Below are positions 37,009-47,262 of a stretch of DNA of 64,000 nucleotides, piece after piece. The notes under the pieces were generated by a model. It saw only the letters and a list, made by a program, of their open reading frames with translations. It searched no databases and was not told the origin of the DNA. Both the position numbers and the translations under genes were made by a program. The stretch is from Enterobacteria phage KhF3. Location: sequence record KT184315.1; one strand, given 5' to 3'. Position 1 is the stretch's first letter, and each line of letters begins with the position of its first letter.

Positions 37009-37890
37009 TTAATCAAGGTTTGCTACAGTAACTTGGCTATAATGTGTTAAGCCACGGTCTTTAGCTTCCCCTAAAGAGTTTGTAGTGTAGATATGGTCAA
37101 TACCATTGTCAAGCAAGTTTTCAACATCTTTAGAGAAAATACCATGAGTTACATAGAGTTCCACACGTTTTGCACCTGCTTCACGAAGATGTTTGGCTGC
37201 TTCTATGAAGGTTCGACCTCCATCACAAATATCATCCAGAATCATGACAGTTTTATCTGTCAAATCAACATCGTCAAGGATTCGCATACCAGTAATTTCA
37301 CCAGTCTTAAGGTTACGCACCTTAGACATTGTGATGTATGGTTTATCCACCTCTTTAGCAGTCTCTGCAATCTTCTTAGCAGCACCTGCATCTGGGGCTA
37401 CTAAGTAATCAATCAGTGGGTCATTTGCGTAGTGAACTGCAATCTCCTTTTGAGGAATACTCTGGAAGCAGTTAAACAGGTTATCTGGAACGTAACTGTG
37501 AGGGTCAACTGCACAGACTGCACCAAATCCCATTGCATTTACCTGTTTAGCAAAAACCTTTAAAGCTGCTGCGTCGCCTTTAAACATGTGACGGTCATAA
37601 CGTGCATTTGGTAAGTAGTAAAAGATGACAGTCTTTAAAGCATAATCATGAGGAATTAAATCATCAATTGCTTCTTTAGCAAGTGCCACAGCAAATAATG
37701 TATCCTTATCATAACCTTTTACAATCATAATCACATTGTTGATGGATGATGCTGCATAAGCAGTGAAATCAACAAACTCTGGAGAAAAGTGTCCACCAAT
37801 CTCACCAGAAGGAAATTGGATGATGTTAAACTCTTCTTCATGAGTTCCTTTAGTTGGTGAATGAACTGTAACACGGATAGATGTTTTCAT
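37009..37890 (-). CDS. ribose-phosphate pyrophosphokinase family protein (PRPP synthetase-like)
   Basis: PRTase-type motif VMILDDICDGGRT; ATG 37888-37890 with GAGAGAG RBS (track start is TTG). Confidence 0.65.
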   Translation of the reverse strand: MKTSIRVTVHSPTKGTHEEEFNIIQFPSGEIGGHFSPEFVDFTAYAASSINNVIMIVKGYDKDTLFAVALAKEAIDDLIPHDYALKTVIFYYLPNARYDRHMFKGDAAALKVFAKQVNAMGFGAVCAVDPHSYVPDNLFNCFQSIPQKEIAVHYANDPLIDYLVAPDAGAAKKIAETAKEVDKPYITMSKVRNLKTGEITGMRILDDVDLTDKTVMILDDICDGGRTFIEAAKHLREAGAKRVELYVTHGIFSKDVENLLDNGIDHIYTTNSLGEAKDRGLTHYSQVTVANLD

Positions 37891-37901
37891 AGTTTTCTCT
37901 C

Positions 37902-38180
37902 TCAATCAAAAGTTACGTTTGTTACTGCCATTGCAGATTTGCATTTTGCAGGGTCTACAACGTGATAAAGTACACTACAGTTACCTGTGCTGTCTGGTAC
38001 AGGTTTAACCCATTGTTGCTTGACAGTTGGTTCGCCTAAGTCTTTGTAAGAACCATCTGTAAAGTTGTTTACCATCTCAAGTGCAATTGGCTCTGGAACA
38101 TGACCACGTATCATGTACATTTCACAACCATTACCTCCTTCACTGACTAATGGTAAAATCTCCCACTTTTCTTTAGCCAT
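37902..38180 (-). CDS. hypothetical protein
   Basis: 92-aa ORF. Confidence 0.45.
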   Translation of the reverse strand: MAKEKWEILPLVSEGGNGCEMYMIRGHVPEPIALEMVNNFTDGSYKDLGEPTVKQQWVKPVPDSTGNCSVLYHVVDPAKCKSAMAVTNVTFD

Positions 38181-38688
38181 TATAAGTTGCCCTATAAACT
38201 GTCTCGAACTTCAACAGGAGAGATATTGCCAAATCTGTATAGTTGTTGTCAAGCACATCTGGCATATTATTTTTGATATATTTCTCTTGCTCTTCATAGG
38301 TCATCTTAGGGATACTTAGGAGGCTATCTCCTTGCTTCTGGTTATCAGTTTTAGTTTGGATAAACCAGTTTGCACAGTGATGTTCACCACCTTTTGTAAC
38401 AGGTTTGTGATGACCTAATGTAAATGTTTGCTTACCCGTATACCTGCAAAGATTGTTCAGTGTTGCAATGGTGTTCTTCACAACACACCATTCATACAGG
38501 TTATCTATTGTGTAGTGTGGGTAATAACGGACAAGTGCTCTTTCACGGAAGTTATCACGATTCCAAAGAACCATGTGATTAGAATTTGAAGGGTCATATT
38601 TGTGGGAGTCTATAAACTCTTGACGCTCATCAAAGCTGAGTCTTAGAACTGACATTGCAACCGAACGTTTCAGGTTTGACAGATACAT
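38173..38688 (-). CDS. putative HNH-motif protein
   Basis: GHHKPVTKGGEHHCANW resembles the HNH core. Confidence 0.4.
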   Translation of the reverse strand: MYLSNLKRSVAMSVLRLSFDERQEFIDSHKYDPSNSNHMVLWNRDNFRERALVRYYPHYTIDNLYEWCVVKNTIATLNNLCRYTGKQTFTLGHHKPVTKGGEHHCANWFIQTKTDNQKQGDSLLSIPKMTYEEQEKYIKNNMPDVLDNNYTDLAISLLLKFETVYRATYNG

Positions 38689-38739
38689 TTTACCTCCAAA
38701 ATAAAAAGGGAACCTTTACAGTCCCCTTATAGTATCTGT

Positions 38740-39060
38740 TTACTGAGCTACTTTCAAGATGCTTGTGAATGAAATATCACTCTCATCCATAAACTCTTTT
38801 GCTTCTCCAGTAACTTTCACAAAGTTATCTAGGCAGATAATCTTCTTATCTTTCTTGCTGTAGGTTAGCTTAACCTTTTCAATATCTTTCTTAGAGCTTT
38901 TCTCTTCATTAAAGAGTTTTACAGCTTCTTTGAATGGGAGGTATGAGCCATCATCATCGCTAATAAAACCTGTACCACAATAGTAGAAGTTGTATTCTTT
39001 AGCCATAAACTGGCACAGTACGAAAATCTGTAATTTACGAGTGTTATAAACTTTGCTCAT
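38740..39060 (-). CDS. hypothetical protein
   Basis: 106-aa ORF. Confidence 0.45.
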   Translation of the reverse strand: MSKVYNTRKLQIFVLCQFMAKEYNFYYCGTGFISDDDGSYLPFKEAVKLFNEEKSSKKDIEKVKLTYSKKDKKIICLDNFVKVTGEAKEFMDESDISFTSILKVAQ

Positions 39061-39062
39061 GG

Positions 39063-39329
39063 TTATTTAACCTTCTTGTTACGTTTACGGTTACGAGCTT
39101 TCTTAGCTGCTCGTTTAATAGCTGCTGCACCAGATTGGCGGTGGGCTTGTTTCTTACCACCTTTACCACGTCCTACGTAGATGTAAGGCTGCTGTTCAAT
39201 TTGGCTTGCAAGAACCTGTGCAACCGCTGAAGCATCTACACCGACCTGCTTTCCAGTCATAGAAACAATTGCTGCTGCTTTTTCCAGTGCCTTCAAGAAT
39301 CCAGCTTTCATATTACCTAAAATTCCCAT
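39063..39329 (-). CDS. hypothetical basic protein
   Basis: Lys/Arg-rich C-terminus. Confidence 0.45.
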   Translation of the reverse strand: MGILGNMKAGFLKALEKAAAIVSMTGKQVGVDASAVAQVLASQIEQQPYIYVGRGKGGKKQAHRQSGAAAIKRAAKKARNRKRNKKVK

Positions 39330-39425
39330 TTTTAGTCTCTCTCATTAAAGTTTAATACAGAACTTATGAAGTTCTTCTTCAGTGATACCAATTGGAGTTA
39401 TACCTTAGTCCATTTGCCAGAATAA

Positions 39426-39911
39426 TCACTCTGCTCTCCACTGACAATCGCCTTGCCACCCATACTCTTTTCTCCAGAGGTTTTGGTTATCAGAACCACG
39501 ATATGGTTTAACTGTTGGTTTAGATGAATCATACTTACCATCAATCACCACGTCAACATATTTCATCACATCTAGGTGAATTTTTTCGTGTAACTGAAAA
39601 CCTGTCCATAGCCAGATAGATTTTTCTGGGTAAACGGTTTTAATACGTTTGCATATGTTGGTAACCTCTTGAATATTTCTATCATCCAGAGGTTCTCCAC
39701 CAAGTATTGACAACCCACTGACGGCATTATCATCCATTAATTTAATGATGCCATAGAGGTTTGCATAAGTAAACTCTTTACCAGCATTAAACTTCCAAGA
39801 CTCCCTGTTAAAGCAGCCTTCACAGTGATGCTTACAACCAGCTACGAAGAGGCTTACACGAACCCCTTCACCATTAGCTGTGTCAAATGGTCGAATCTCC
39901 ATGTAATTCAT
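39426..39911 (-). CDS. nrdG: anaerobic ribonucleotide reductase activating protein
   Basis: Radical-SAM CxxxCxxC (CKHHCEGC) near N-terminus, about 160 aa, downstream of nrdD. Confidence 0.8.
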   Translation of the reverse strand: MNYMEIRPFDTANGEGVRVSLFVAGCKHHCEGCFNRESWKFNAGKEFTYANLYGIIKLMDDNAVSGLSILGGEPLDDRNIQEVTNICKRIKTVYPEKSIWLWTGFQLHEKIHLDVMKYVDVVIDGKYDSSKPTVKPYRGSDNQNLWRKEYGWQGDCQWRAE

Positions 39912-39920
39912 CTAGTTACC

Positions 39921-40220
39921 TCACCAATACATATAAGTGTTCTTAGCAGCTTTCTTCGGAGACTTACTGTCAATGTCAAAGTCTTCATCTAAGAAGGATG
40001 TCTTAGAAAGCTGCCTTATTTGTGTTCTTGTAAGACGTTTAGTGGCCTTCTTAATCTCTCTACAAGGCTGGCTTGTGAAGTCATAAGAGCCACCTTTTCT
40101 GGACATCATATCAGAATGGAAGTAGACATCTGAAGCATTTTCTCTGTTACGTACCTCATTTCTCCACTCATAAAGTCCATGAACGTTCTTTAAACCTTTT
40201 CTTCGAATTGTTTTACTCAT
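39921..40220 (-). CDS. hypothetical protein
   Basis: 99-aa ORF. Confidence 0.45.
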   Translation of the reverse strand: MSKTIRRKGLKNVHGLYEWRNEVRNRENASDVYFHSDMMSRKGGSYDFTSQPCREIKKATKRLTRTQIRQLSKTSFLDEDFDIDSKSPKKAAKNTYMYW

Positions 40221-40612
40221 TCAAACACCACCTGACAAGGAACCTGTTTAGTAATAAATTCTTCACAGTGCTCTTTAATGAAGTTTTGTAGTGGCACACA
40301 GTCTTGTGCACAAGTCATTAGCATAATGTACTCTGGATTCATAATATTTTCAAGACTGTAGAAGACAACATCGTCAGATAGCTCGTGACCATCTTCTTCA
40401 CTCCACGTTCCAGTAACTACAGCTAATTTGTCAAGTAATTCATTAGGTAACGCTACACCATCTTCTACGGAATCACTTAGAACGTTGTCGCTGATGTACA
40501 ATGTGAAGGTCGCATGGAATGTTGAATATCTTACGTGATTCTTTTCGCAAGAGCCGCACTCTGAGGCATAATCTTTAATCCACTCTAACTGTTTTTTGTT
40601 CAACTTAATCAT
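40217..40612 (-). CDS. hypothetical protein
   Basis: 131-aa ORF. Confidence 0.45.
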   Translation of the reverse strand: MIKLNKKQLEWIKDYASECGSCEKNHVRYSTFHATFTLYISDNVLSDSVEDGVALPNELLDKLAVVTGTWSEEDGHELSDDVVFYSLENIMNPEYIMLMTCAQDCVPLQNFIKEHCEEFITKQVPCQVVFE

Positions 40613-40809
40613 AATTTCACCTTAGTTGGCAATACACTGAATGCTATGGCTAACCCTAAAAATGGTTTGAAGCATGACCATAAATCCATCTGACCATGAT
40701 ATGATAAACTCCACTGTGGGTCTGAAAAACCCCATACCATAACACTAACCCCAAAGAAGAAGATTAGAATGTGGAGAATGTGTATCAACGATTTTGATAT
40801 TTTAAACAT
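40609..40809 (-). CDS. small membrane protein
   Basis: 66-aa hydrophobic ORF. Confidence 0.4.
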   Translation of the reverse strand: MFKISKSLIHILHILIFFFGVSVMVWGFSDPQWSLSYHGQMDLWSCFKPFLGLAIAFSVLPTKVKL

Positions 40810-40964
40810 TTTAACTTGCCTCTTAATTCACAATAAGAGAGTCCTAAAAAGAACCCTAGTAAGACAGAACCTATGAATAGGCCAATGATGTTCTCTGCCA
40901 TATCTAACATCCAATAAAAAAAGGTGATGTAAGCCTATCAAGACTCACACCACCATGTCAAGTT

Positions 40965-43109
40965 TTACATAGAAACTCTGTCACGAATCTCAGCGATTTT
41001 TGCATCGTTCATTCGGGATTCACCTTTAATCTTAGTCCATCCAAGATACCCACACACCCTGTTAATCACAGAGATATCATGTGAGTGACAAACTTCACAC
41101 TCTTCAACATCTGATTTTGGTCTGTTACCACAATGCTCACAGATTGCTAAGTCAAAGTTAAGTCCCTGATAGAAACCTTTCAACATCCCTCTGGTAATAC
41201 AGCTTTTAAGTGCTGGTAAGTTTTCTGGGTTAGCTACCCTTACATACTGGATTCTGCCACCTCTACAGATATGGAAGAATGGCTCTTCTAAGTCCTGCTT
41301 CTCAAATGGTGAGATGTCTGCTGCAACATTCATATGGAAACTGTTTGTAAAGTATTCCTTGTCAGAAACACCTTTGATAACACCAAACATTTCTCTGAAC
41401 TGTTTTAGCTGAGTTCCACAAAGTGATTCTGCTGGAGTACCATAGACAGCATATAAGAAGCCATCTTCATTTTTAAACTCTTCAGTTTTCATGTTAATGT
41501 ATGCCAGAACATCGTATGCAAAACTATAGCTCCCAACTTCATGCAGCCGTTTACCTTCAGCAAGAACAGATAACTCATCAAGCGCAGTAACCCCAAAAGA
41601 AGCTGTGAAAGACTTCACGATATCCCAACCAACCTTGTCAGTAGGTTTCTTGGTCCCTTTGTACAGACCACCTTGTGTGAATGCAAGAGGGTTAGAGCTT
41701 GCTGGCATATTAGCAATCATTTCGTAGCGTTTCTTGTGGAAGCTGCGAATCATATCTAGGTACTTGTCAAGCTCTTTCCAGAAATCTAAACCATTCTCTT
41801 TAGAACACTGGTAAATCATTGGTAAGTTCAAAGACACAGCACCAATGTTAGCACGACCAACGTAGAACTCTTCTCCATTCTCGTTAAGATATGGGGATAA
41901 GAAAGCTCTGCAACCCATCGGTGAAATTACCTTGCCAGAACGCTCAAAAGCCTCTGCTACAGCACCATGACCAGATACGCTTAAGAAATCTGGATACATT
42001 GCTTTAGAGCAACACTCAATAGCTTTACTGTACAGTTGGCCTTGACAGATATTCTCATCGTGTCTCTTCTGGTCATGAATATAAACCAGTTTAGGGAATA
42101 CAACAGGCTTCTTACTCTTACCTTGTCCATTCATGCGAACATCAAGAATGGTGTTTGCAATCATGTATTGTAGCCGGTTGTCTTCATTAGACATGTCTGA
42201 GTCAAGTAAACCAAATGTTAAAGTTGTGAATGCGAAATCACCACGGCTACAAGGTACAGTGTTCAGTTTCATTTCAAGTGACTGAAAACCTTGAGTTAAT
42301 TCAATTTGTAACTGCTCCATTACATAATTGTGGTAATGCTCTTTAGGAATACCATAAGATGATGCTTTCTCAGCATGATAGCGTAGAGACTTCTTAGCAT
42401 ACGGTACAAGTACCTTATCAATCTCTGCTAAAGTAAAACCACCAAATTGCTGTGCAGTTGCTGAAAGTACTACGTCACCAATAACCTGCAACGCTGACAG
42501 TACAGATTTAGGTTCACAGTACTCAATGCCGGACATTTCAAAGCCACCTTTCAGGACTTTACCAATGTCAAACAGGCAACAGTTGATACCACCAAAAATT
42601 AGGTCTCTTAAATCATGGATATAGATAAACCCTTTTTCAATGGCTTCAAGTTCCTCTGGTGTTAAGTGGTACTGTTTAAAGATTTCTTTAGTCAGATAAC
42701 CACGAATAATTGAACCTTTCGTAGAAATTAAACTGCTGTCAAAGTTAGCATTTTCACGGTCACCTAAGAAGAGTGTATCTTTAGTCTTCTGGTAGAGTTC
42801 ATCCCAATTTTGAGCAACCTCTTTACGGTAATTTCTATATGTTGAGTAAGACTCATAAATCTCGTGATTGACTTCTGCCAAAGCACCCTCAACAATACTG
42901 TGAATATCATTTACCGAAATTAGCAAATTATTCTGCTTAGTGGACTTTACCAGAATCCTCATAAATGCTGACTCAAGAGCTTGAGTAACATCTGGTGGAA
43001 GCTCTTTATAACCAACTCTGTTAGCTGACTTTGTGACTGCTGCTAAAACTTTTTTAATATCAGGTTCTTCAAGTGAGCCATTCTTTTTAATAATCTGTAC
43101 TTTGTTCAT
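40965..43109 (-). CDS. nrdD: anaerobic ribonucleoside-triphosphate reductase (class III)
   Basis: N-terminal ATP-cone; C-terminal Cys cluster and glycyl-radical motif RVCGYLG. Confidence 0.85.
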   Translation of the reverse strand: MNKVQIIKKNGSLEEPDIKKVLAAVTKSANRVGYKELPPDVTQALESAFMRILVKSTKQNNLLISVNDIHSIVEGALAEVNHEIYESYSTYRNYRKEVAQNWDELYQKTKDTLFLGDRENANFDSSLISTKGSIIRGYLTKEIFKQYHLTPEELEAIEKGFIYIHDLRDLIFGGINCCLFDIGKVLKGGFEMSGIEYCEPKSVLSALQVIGDVVLSATAQQFGGFTLAEIDKVLVPYAKKSLRYHAEKASSYGIPKEHYHNYVMEQLQIELTQGFQSLEMKLNTVPCSRGDFAFTTLTFGLLDSDMSNEDNRLQYMIANTILDVRMNGQGKSKKPVVFPKLVYIHDQKRHDENICQGQLYSKAIECCSKAMYPDFLSVSGHGAVAEAFERSGKVISPMGCRAFLSPYLNENGEEFYVGRANIGAVSLNLPMIYQCSKENGLDFWKELDKYLDMIRSFHKKRYEMIANMPASSNPLAFTQGGLYKGTKKPTDKVGWDIVKSFTASFGVTALDELSVLAEGKRLHEVGSYSFAYDVLAYINMKTEEFKNEDGFLYAVYGTPAESLCGTQLKQFREMFGVIKGVSDKEYFTNSFHMNVAADISPFEKQDLEEPFFHICRGGRIQYVRVANPENLPALKSCITRGMLKGFYQGLNFDLAICEHCGNRPKSDVEECEVCHSHDISVINRVCGYLGWTKIKGESRMNDAKIAEIRDRVSM

Positions 43110-43128
43110 TATTGCCCCTTTACATGCT

Positions 43129-43149
43129 AAAAAGGTCTCCGAAGAGACC
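43129..43149 (-). terminator. rho-independent terminator
   Basis: Minus-sense GGTCTC-TTCG-GAGACC followed by T5. Confidence 0.65.
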
Positions 43150-43157
43150 CTTTCATT

Positions 43158-43364
43158 TTAAATCTTTTTAGAAAACTTAGAAACGAGTTTTCTCAGTTTT
43201 TCAGTGATGCCTAGCGGTATCTCTAATATTTCAAAGATAACCCATAGTAACATGGCCCCAAACAATGAACCTTGTTCAAAATCAGTAAATAGGTTAACAA
43301 TCAGCATACCAATCACAATAGCTGGTGCATCGACAACCAAACCTTCCCAAATGCGTTTAAGCAT
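43158..43364 (-). CDS. small membrane protein
   Basis: 68-aa hydrophobic ORF. Confidence 0.4.
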   Translation of the reverse strand: MLKRIWEGLVVDAPAIVIGMLIVNLFTDFEQGSLFGAMLLWVIFEILEIPLGITEKLRKLVSKFSKKI

Positions 43365-43599
43365 TATTCACCTCTGCCATAAAATTCTGTAGCGTCCCAA
43401 CAGGTTTTAGGTTTTGTCCATCAGTTTTCATGATGAATGGCATCTGACGAACTGGCATCTGTGCAATATCCATCAGGTCTGACAGTTCATAGTCCTGCCC
43501 TAACATTCTCACAACATGGTCAATACCACGAGCTTTTGCAAAATTCTTTGCAGTCTCACACTGAGGGCATCCAGTTTTGGAGTAAATCACATAAGTCAT
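43357..43599 (-). CDS. nrdH: glutaredoxin-like protein (NrdH-type)
   Basis: CPQC redox motif at N-terminus, 80 aa, next to RNR genes. Confidence 0.7.
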   Translation of the reverse strand: MTYVIYSKTGCPQCETAKNFAKARGIDHVVRMLGQDYELSDLMDIAQMPVRQMPFIMKTDGQNLKPVGTLQNFMAEVNNA

Positions 43600-44672
43600 T
43601 AAGGAACCTCTAAAAATCCACTATTCAAATCATCTACAACAGTATTCAACAGGTACGCACCGTTCTGTTGCTCCTGATTAGCATTCTGCTCTTTATCAAT
43701 TTCCATCTTCTTAATCATATACTTCAAAGGTGGTTCTTTAGGAGCTACAAAATCTCTGGGAATGCCAAACATATCATACAGTGGGGCAGCATTATAGTAA
43801 ACCCACTCATGAAGAAGTTTTGTATTTAAGCCAACTACAGCACGTCCTTCGGAGAAGATATAATACGACCATTTCTCTTCACTTTCAACTACTTCATCTA
43901 AGATTACTTTAATCTCTGGAAGAATTTGTTGAAAAGCTTTCTGCCACTCATCATCTCTTAAAGTTTCTTTTAAAACTTCAATATCAATCTTGGTGTGAAG
44001 GATTTCATCAAGCATAATTTTCTGGACAGCTTGAGCAATACCCTGAAATTTATCCTGAGCATCAAGTGCAAAGGTACATGCAAAGGATGCCATGAAGGAA
44101 ATACCTTCAAGTGCAGTCACTGCAAATAGACCTTTTAGAATCACTTTATGGAAGTGTAATGGGTCTTTGTCCAGAAGTGAGTCACGCACATAACTGAGAC
44201 GATAGTTTATGCCTTCATCCAGTAATTCTTCAAGAACACGATTCACAGTTTTTAATCGGTCTTGCACAGCAACATTCTGGTTAATCTCATCTAAGATTGT
44301 TTCAGGGTTTTTAATACATTGCCTTACAATCTCTGAGTAAGTAAGAGCATGTAGGTTTTCAATCTCAGACTGCTTCATAATTGCAGTTGCATAGATGTCA
44401 TCAGAGATGAATGGTGCAAAGGCGAATGCCAAGCTCTTAGCAACTTGGGTATCTGCTTCCCACTGCCACTTAAGAATCTCAAGCATTACACCTGACATTG
44501 ATGCTGGGACACTCTCAAAATCAAGACGTGATTGTTCAAAAGGGAACTCATCTTCTGACCAATCTTGTGCTTTTTGTTGTTTATAAAGCTCAAAGATTTT
44601 TGGGTAGTGTTTATTAAGTGAGTCAAATGTCTTTCTCTCACCACCTAAAAAGATTGGGTGTTGGTTAATCAT
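43599..44672 (-). CDS. nrdB: ribonucleotide reductase class I small subunit
   Basis: About 360 aa with di-iron ExxH-type helices; ATG at 44670-44672 overlaps upstream stop (track start is TTG). Confidence 0.75.
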   Translation of the reverse strand: MINQHPIFLGGERKTFDSLNKHYPKIFELYKQQKAQDWSEDEFPFEQSRLDFESVPASMSGVMLEILKWQWEADTQVAKSLAFAFAPFISDDIYATAIMKQSEIENLHALTYSEIVRQCIKNPETILDEINQNVAVQDRLKTVNRVLEELLDEGINYRLSYVRDSLLDKDPLHFHKVILKGLFAVTALEGISFMASFACTFALDAQDKFQGIAQAVQKIMLDEILHTKIDIEVLKETLRDDEWQKAFQQILPEIKVILDEVVESEEKWSYYIFSEGRAVVGLNTKLLHEWVYYNAAPLYDMFGIPRDFVAPKEPPLKYMIKKMEIDKEQNANQEQQNGAYLLNTVVDDLNSGFLEVP

Positions 44673-44926
44673 AGTGTGATTTCTCCTTTCTTTATCATTT
44701 CTAAGGCTTGTTTTCGGTCTAGAACTTCCCAATTTTCTTCATTGAACATCTCATATGGTCTTGCATAGATTTTACCATCTGCTGTAGAGATGTATGACAC
44801 ACCATCGACCCATGAGTCATCATTTTGTTTTATCATCATATCTGTACTACTTACATAGTACAACGTTTTCCGAGGTTTGTAGAGCAGATAAATTGGCCAC
44901 TCATGATTTGCTATTAAGTCCTTCAT
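44669..44926 (-). CDS. hypothetical protein
   Basis: In-frame ATG 44924-44926 with GGAGAG RBS avoids overlap with nrdA. Confidence 0.45.
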   Translation of the reverse strand: MKDLIANHEWPIYLLYKPRKTLYYVSSTDMMIKQNDDSWVDGVSYISTADGKIYARPYEMFNEENWEVLDRKQALEMIKKGEITL

Positions 44927-44981
44927 ACTCTCTCCAAAGTTATTTTTAGAGGGTCTTTTACGACCCTCATAGTTGTTAAAA

Positions 44982-47216
44982 CTAAACACCACAACCCTCG
45001 CAATAAGCATCTTGCAGTGCAGATTTACCTACACCGATACGGCTGTTCAGATAGTACATGGTTTTCATACCTACCGAGTTGGCATAAATCATGTACTTCA
45101 GAGCTTGAGCCAATGATACCTTCTTAGACTTTGCATAGTCAACATAGAAGTCTGAAGAGATAGCTTGACCAGTGAACTTTTGAACAATTGCATAACAATC
45201 AATCATATCAAAGGTGTCAATACCCCAAGCAATTTCATATACATACTTCAACTCTTCATAATCTGGAACAATAAACAGTACGTTACCAGTTGCAGACTTT
45301 TTAGTTAAAATAAAGTCACGAATTGGATACAAGCCATTTGTCGTATTGGTTGCCAGTGAAGAACTCTCATTAGGCATGTAAGCTTCTAATACAGAGTTTC
45401 GGATTCCACCATTTTCTTTGATACGTTGTGCTAAGTCATCCCAATCATATCGTAGTTTTGCATCATGCTTTTCATCAATCTTCTTGTTAGCTGTCTTTGG
45501 AGGAACCCAGCCTTCAGGATACTTAGTGAACTTCATGTATTCTGGAACGCCACGCTCTTTAGCAAGTCTCAGAGAGGCTTCATGCAGATAGTAAGAGTGC
45601 ATCTCTGCCAGTTCATGAAGTTTCGTTTTACCTGCTCGTGAAGAGTAGTTCACGTAGTTCTTCGCAAGGTAATGAGCCACATTTGTAAGGCCAATCCCAA
45701 CAGAACGACGCTTCTGAACATGGTTACGCATCGACGGATACGGATAATCCATAAGGTCAATAACGGAGTCAACCATTGCAAGAGCATAATAAGCAACGTC
45801 AGCGTATTCATCTTCTGAAATTCTCCCTGCAACCAAACTAGCTAGGAAGCAAAGAGCCACCTCACCATCCTCTTTCACAGCATCGTCTCTGTAAAGGTCT
45901 GTCTCTTTCTCAAAACCATACACTGGCAACACAATTTCCATACAAAGATTTGACATCTTCAATGGTTCTTTAAATGGTGTATGTGTGTTCGCATTGTTAG
46001 TGAAGAATGGATACACACGACCTGTAGCATAACGCTGTTGAATAAACAGCTTGGCAATTTCACGAGCCTTTACTCGTCTGTGCTTAACTCCTGAATGTAC
46101 TGCGTGACCAACTGCCATAGCAAACTCATCAGCAGATGCTGTGTAGAACATGTCATAGAGTTTTGGTGCATCTTTGTAAGAGAATAGCAACCAATCCGTA
46201 TCATACTGAACACACTGCCAGAAATAATCGTTTGTGCCGAATGAGTAGTCCATCTCATTAATACGTTTAGAAGGAACCGTTGTAGGGTGCTTCAAACGCA
46301 GTAAATCTTCAATCTGCGGGTCTAGAGCAGTGTAGAAGTTATTAGCTGAACCACCACGACTCTTCTGTTTGTTTGCCTCTACAGATGAACGTACAAGCTT
46401 ATAATAAGGCAGCTTACCCATGTGCTCAATCGTGTTTTGACGGATACCATCACCAATAGTGCGAGTCTCCATCAGCATCCCGATACCAGCTTGCTTTGTA
46501 GTCATGTCATAAGCAACCTTTGCAGCAATACCGAGAGATTCGGCAGTGTCATTTGCCTTAATCAAACAGCATGACGCATAGCCTGATTTAGTTGCTCTTA
46601 AACCGTTTAAATAAGGTGTAGGAGCGTTAATCTTCAGGTCAGATAGGTAAGTGTACAGCTTGATAACATCTTGCAGTCTACGGTGCTTTGGTTGCTTCTC
46701 AAAGGCTTTCATAGCCATACCCATAAACATAAATTGTGGTGACTCAAAAAGTCTTCCCGTTTTAATATCACGGATACCATACTTGTCTCTGAACTGTTTC
46801 AAGACCGCATAGCCGTAAGAGATATCTTTTGAGTGTACGATGTAACCTTGCAGGTATTCAAGTTCTTCCTGTGAATAATCCATCTTCTCCCAAAGTCCTG
46901 CCCTCTCCATATTTTTAACGAAGGTAATCAGTGTAGGAACCTTAGTAAAGCCTCCAAAGGCTTCTTTGTAGATAATCCCCAGAAGTAGCCGTCCAGCCAT
47001 ATCTGAGTACTCTTGCGTTTGTTTATCAACACAAACATCAATCATGGCTTGGTGCATCTCTTTTGTAGTGCAACCTTCATAGACACGTTTCATAGCTTCC
47101 ATAGTGACTTCTGACCAGATAATTCCACGTTTATCTGCCCATGATGCCCACTTATTCAGTCTTTCTGGGTCAAAGCTTACTACTGTACCATTTGATTTTT
47201 TAATTGTCTTAATCAT
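44982..47216 (-). CDS. nrdA: ribonucleotide reductase class I large subunit
   Basis: 744 aa, N-terminal ATP-cone, C-terminal Cys pair. Confidence 0.85.
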   Translation of the reverse strand: MIKTIKKSNGTVVSFDPERLNKWASWADKRGIIWSEVTMEAMKRVYEGCTTKEMHQAMIDVCVDKQTQEYSDMAGRLLLGIIYKEAFGGFTKVPTLITFVKNMERAGLWEKMDYSQEELEYLQGYIVHSKDISYGYAVLKQFRDKYGIRDIKTGRLFESPQFMFMGMAMKAFEKQPKHRRLQDVIKLYTYLSDLKINAPTPYLNGLRATKSGYASCCLIKANDTAESLGIAAKVAYDMTTKQAGIGMLMETRTIGDGIRQNTIEHMGKLPYYKLVRSSVEANKQKSRGGSANNFYTALDPQIEDLLRLKHPTTVPSKRINEMDYSFGTNDYFWQCVQYDTDWLLFSYKDAPKLYDMFYTASADEFAMAVGHAVHSGVKHRRVKAREIAKLFIQQRYATGRVYPFFTNNANTHTPFKEPLKMSNLCMEIVLPVYGFEKETDLYRDDAVKEDGEVALCFLASLVAGRISEDEYADVAYYALAMVDSVIDLMDYPYPSMRNHVQKRRSVGIGLTNVAHYLAKNYVNYSSRAGKTKLHELAEMHSYYLHEASLRLAKERGVPEYMKFTKYPEGWVPPKTANKKIDEKHDAKLRYDWDDLAQRIKENGGIRNSVLEAYMPNESSSLATNTTNGLYPIRDFILTKKSATGNVLFIVPDYEELKYVYEIAWGIDTFDMIDCYAIVQKFTGQAISSDFYVDYAKSKKVSLAQALKYMIYANSVGMKTMYYLNSRIGVGKSALQDAYCEGCGV

Positions 47217-47233
47217 TTTCGAATCCTACAGAT

Positions 47234-47256
47234 GAAAAGAGCCTCCGAAGAGGCTC
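47234..47256 (-). terminator. rho-independent terminator
   Basis: Minus-sense GAGCCTC-TTCG-GAGGCTC followed by TTTTC. Confidence 0.6.
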
Positions 47257-47262
47257 CCTAGT

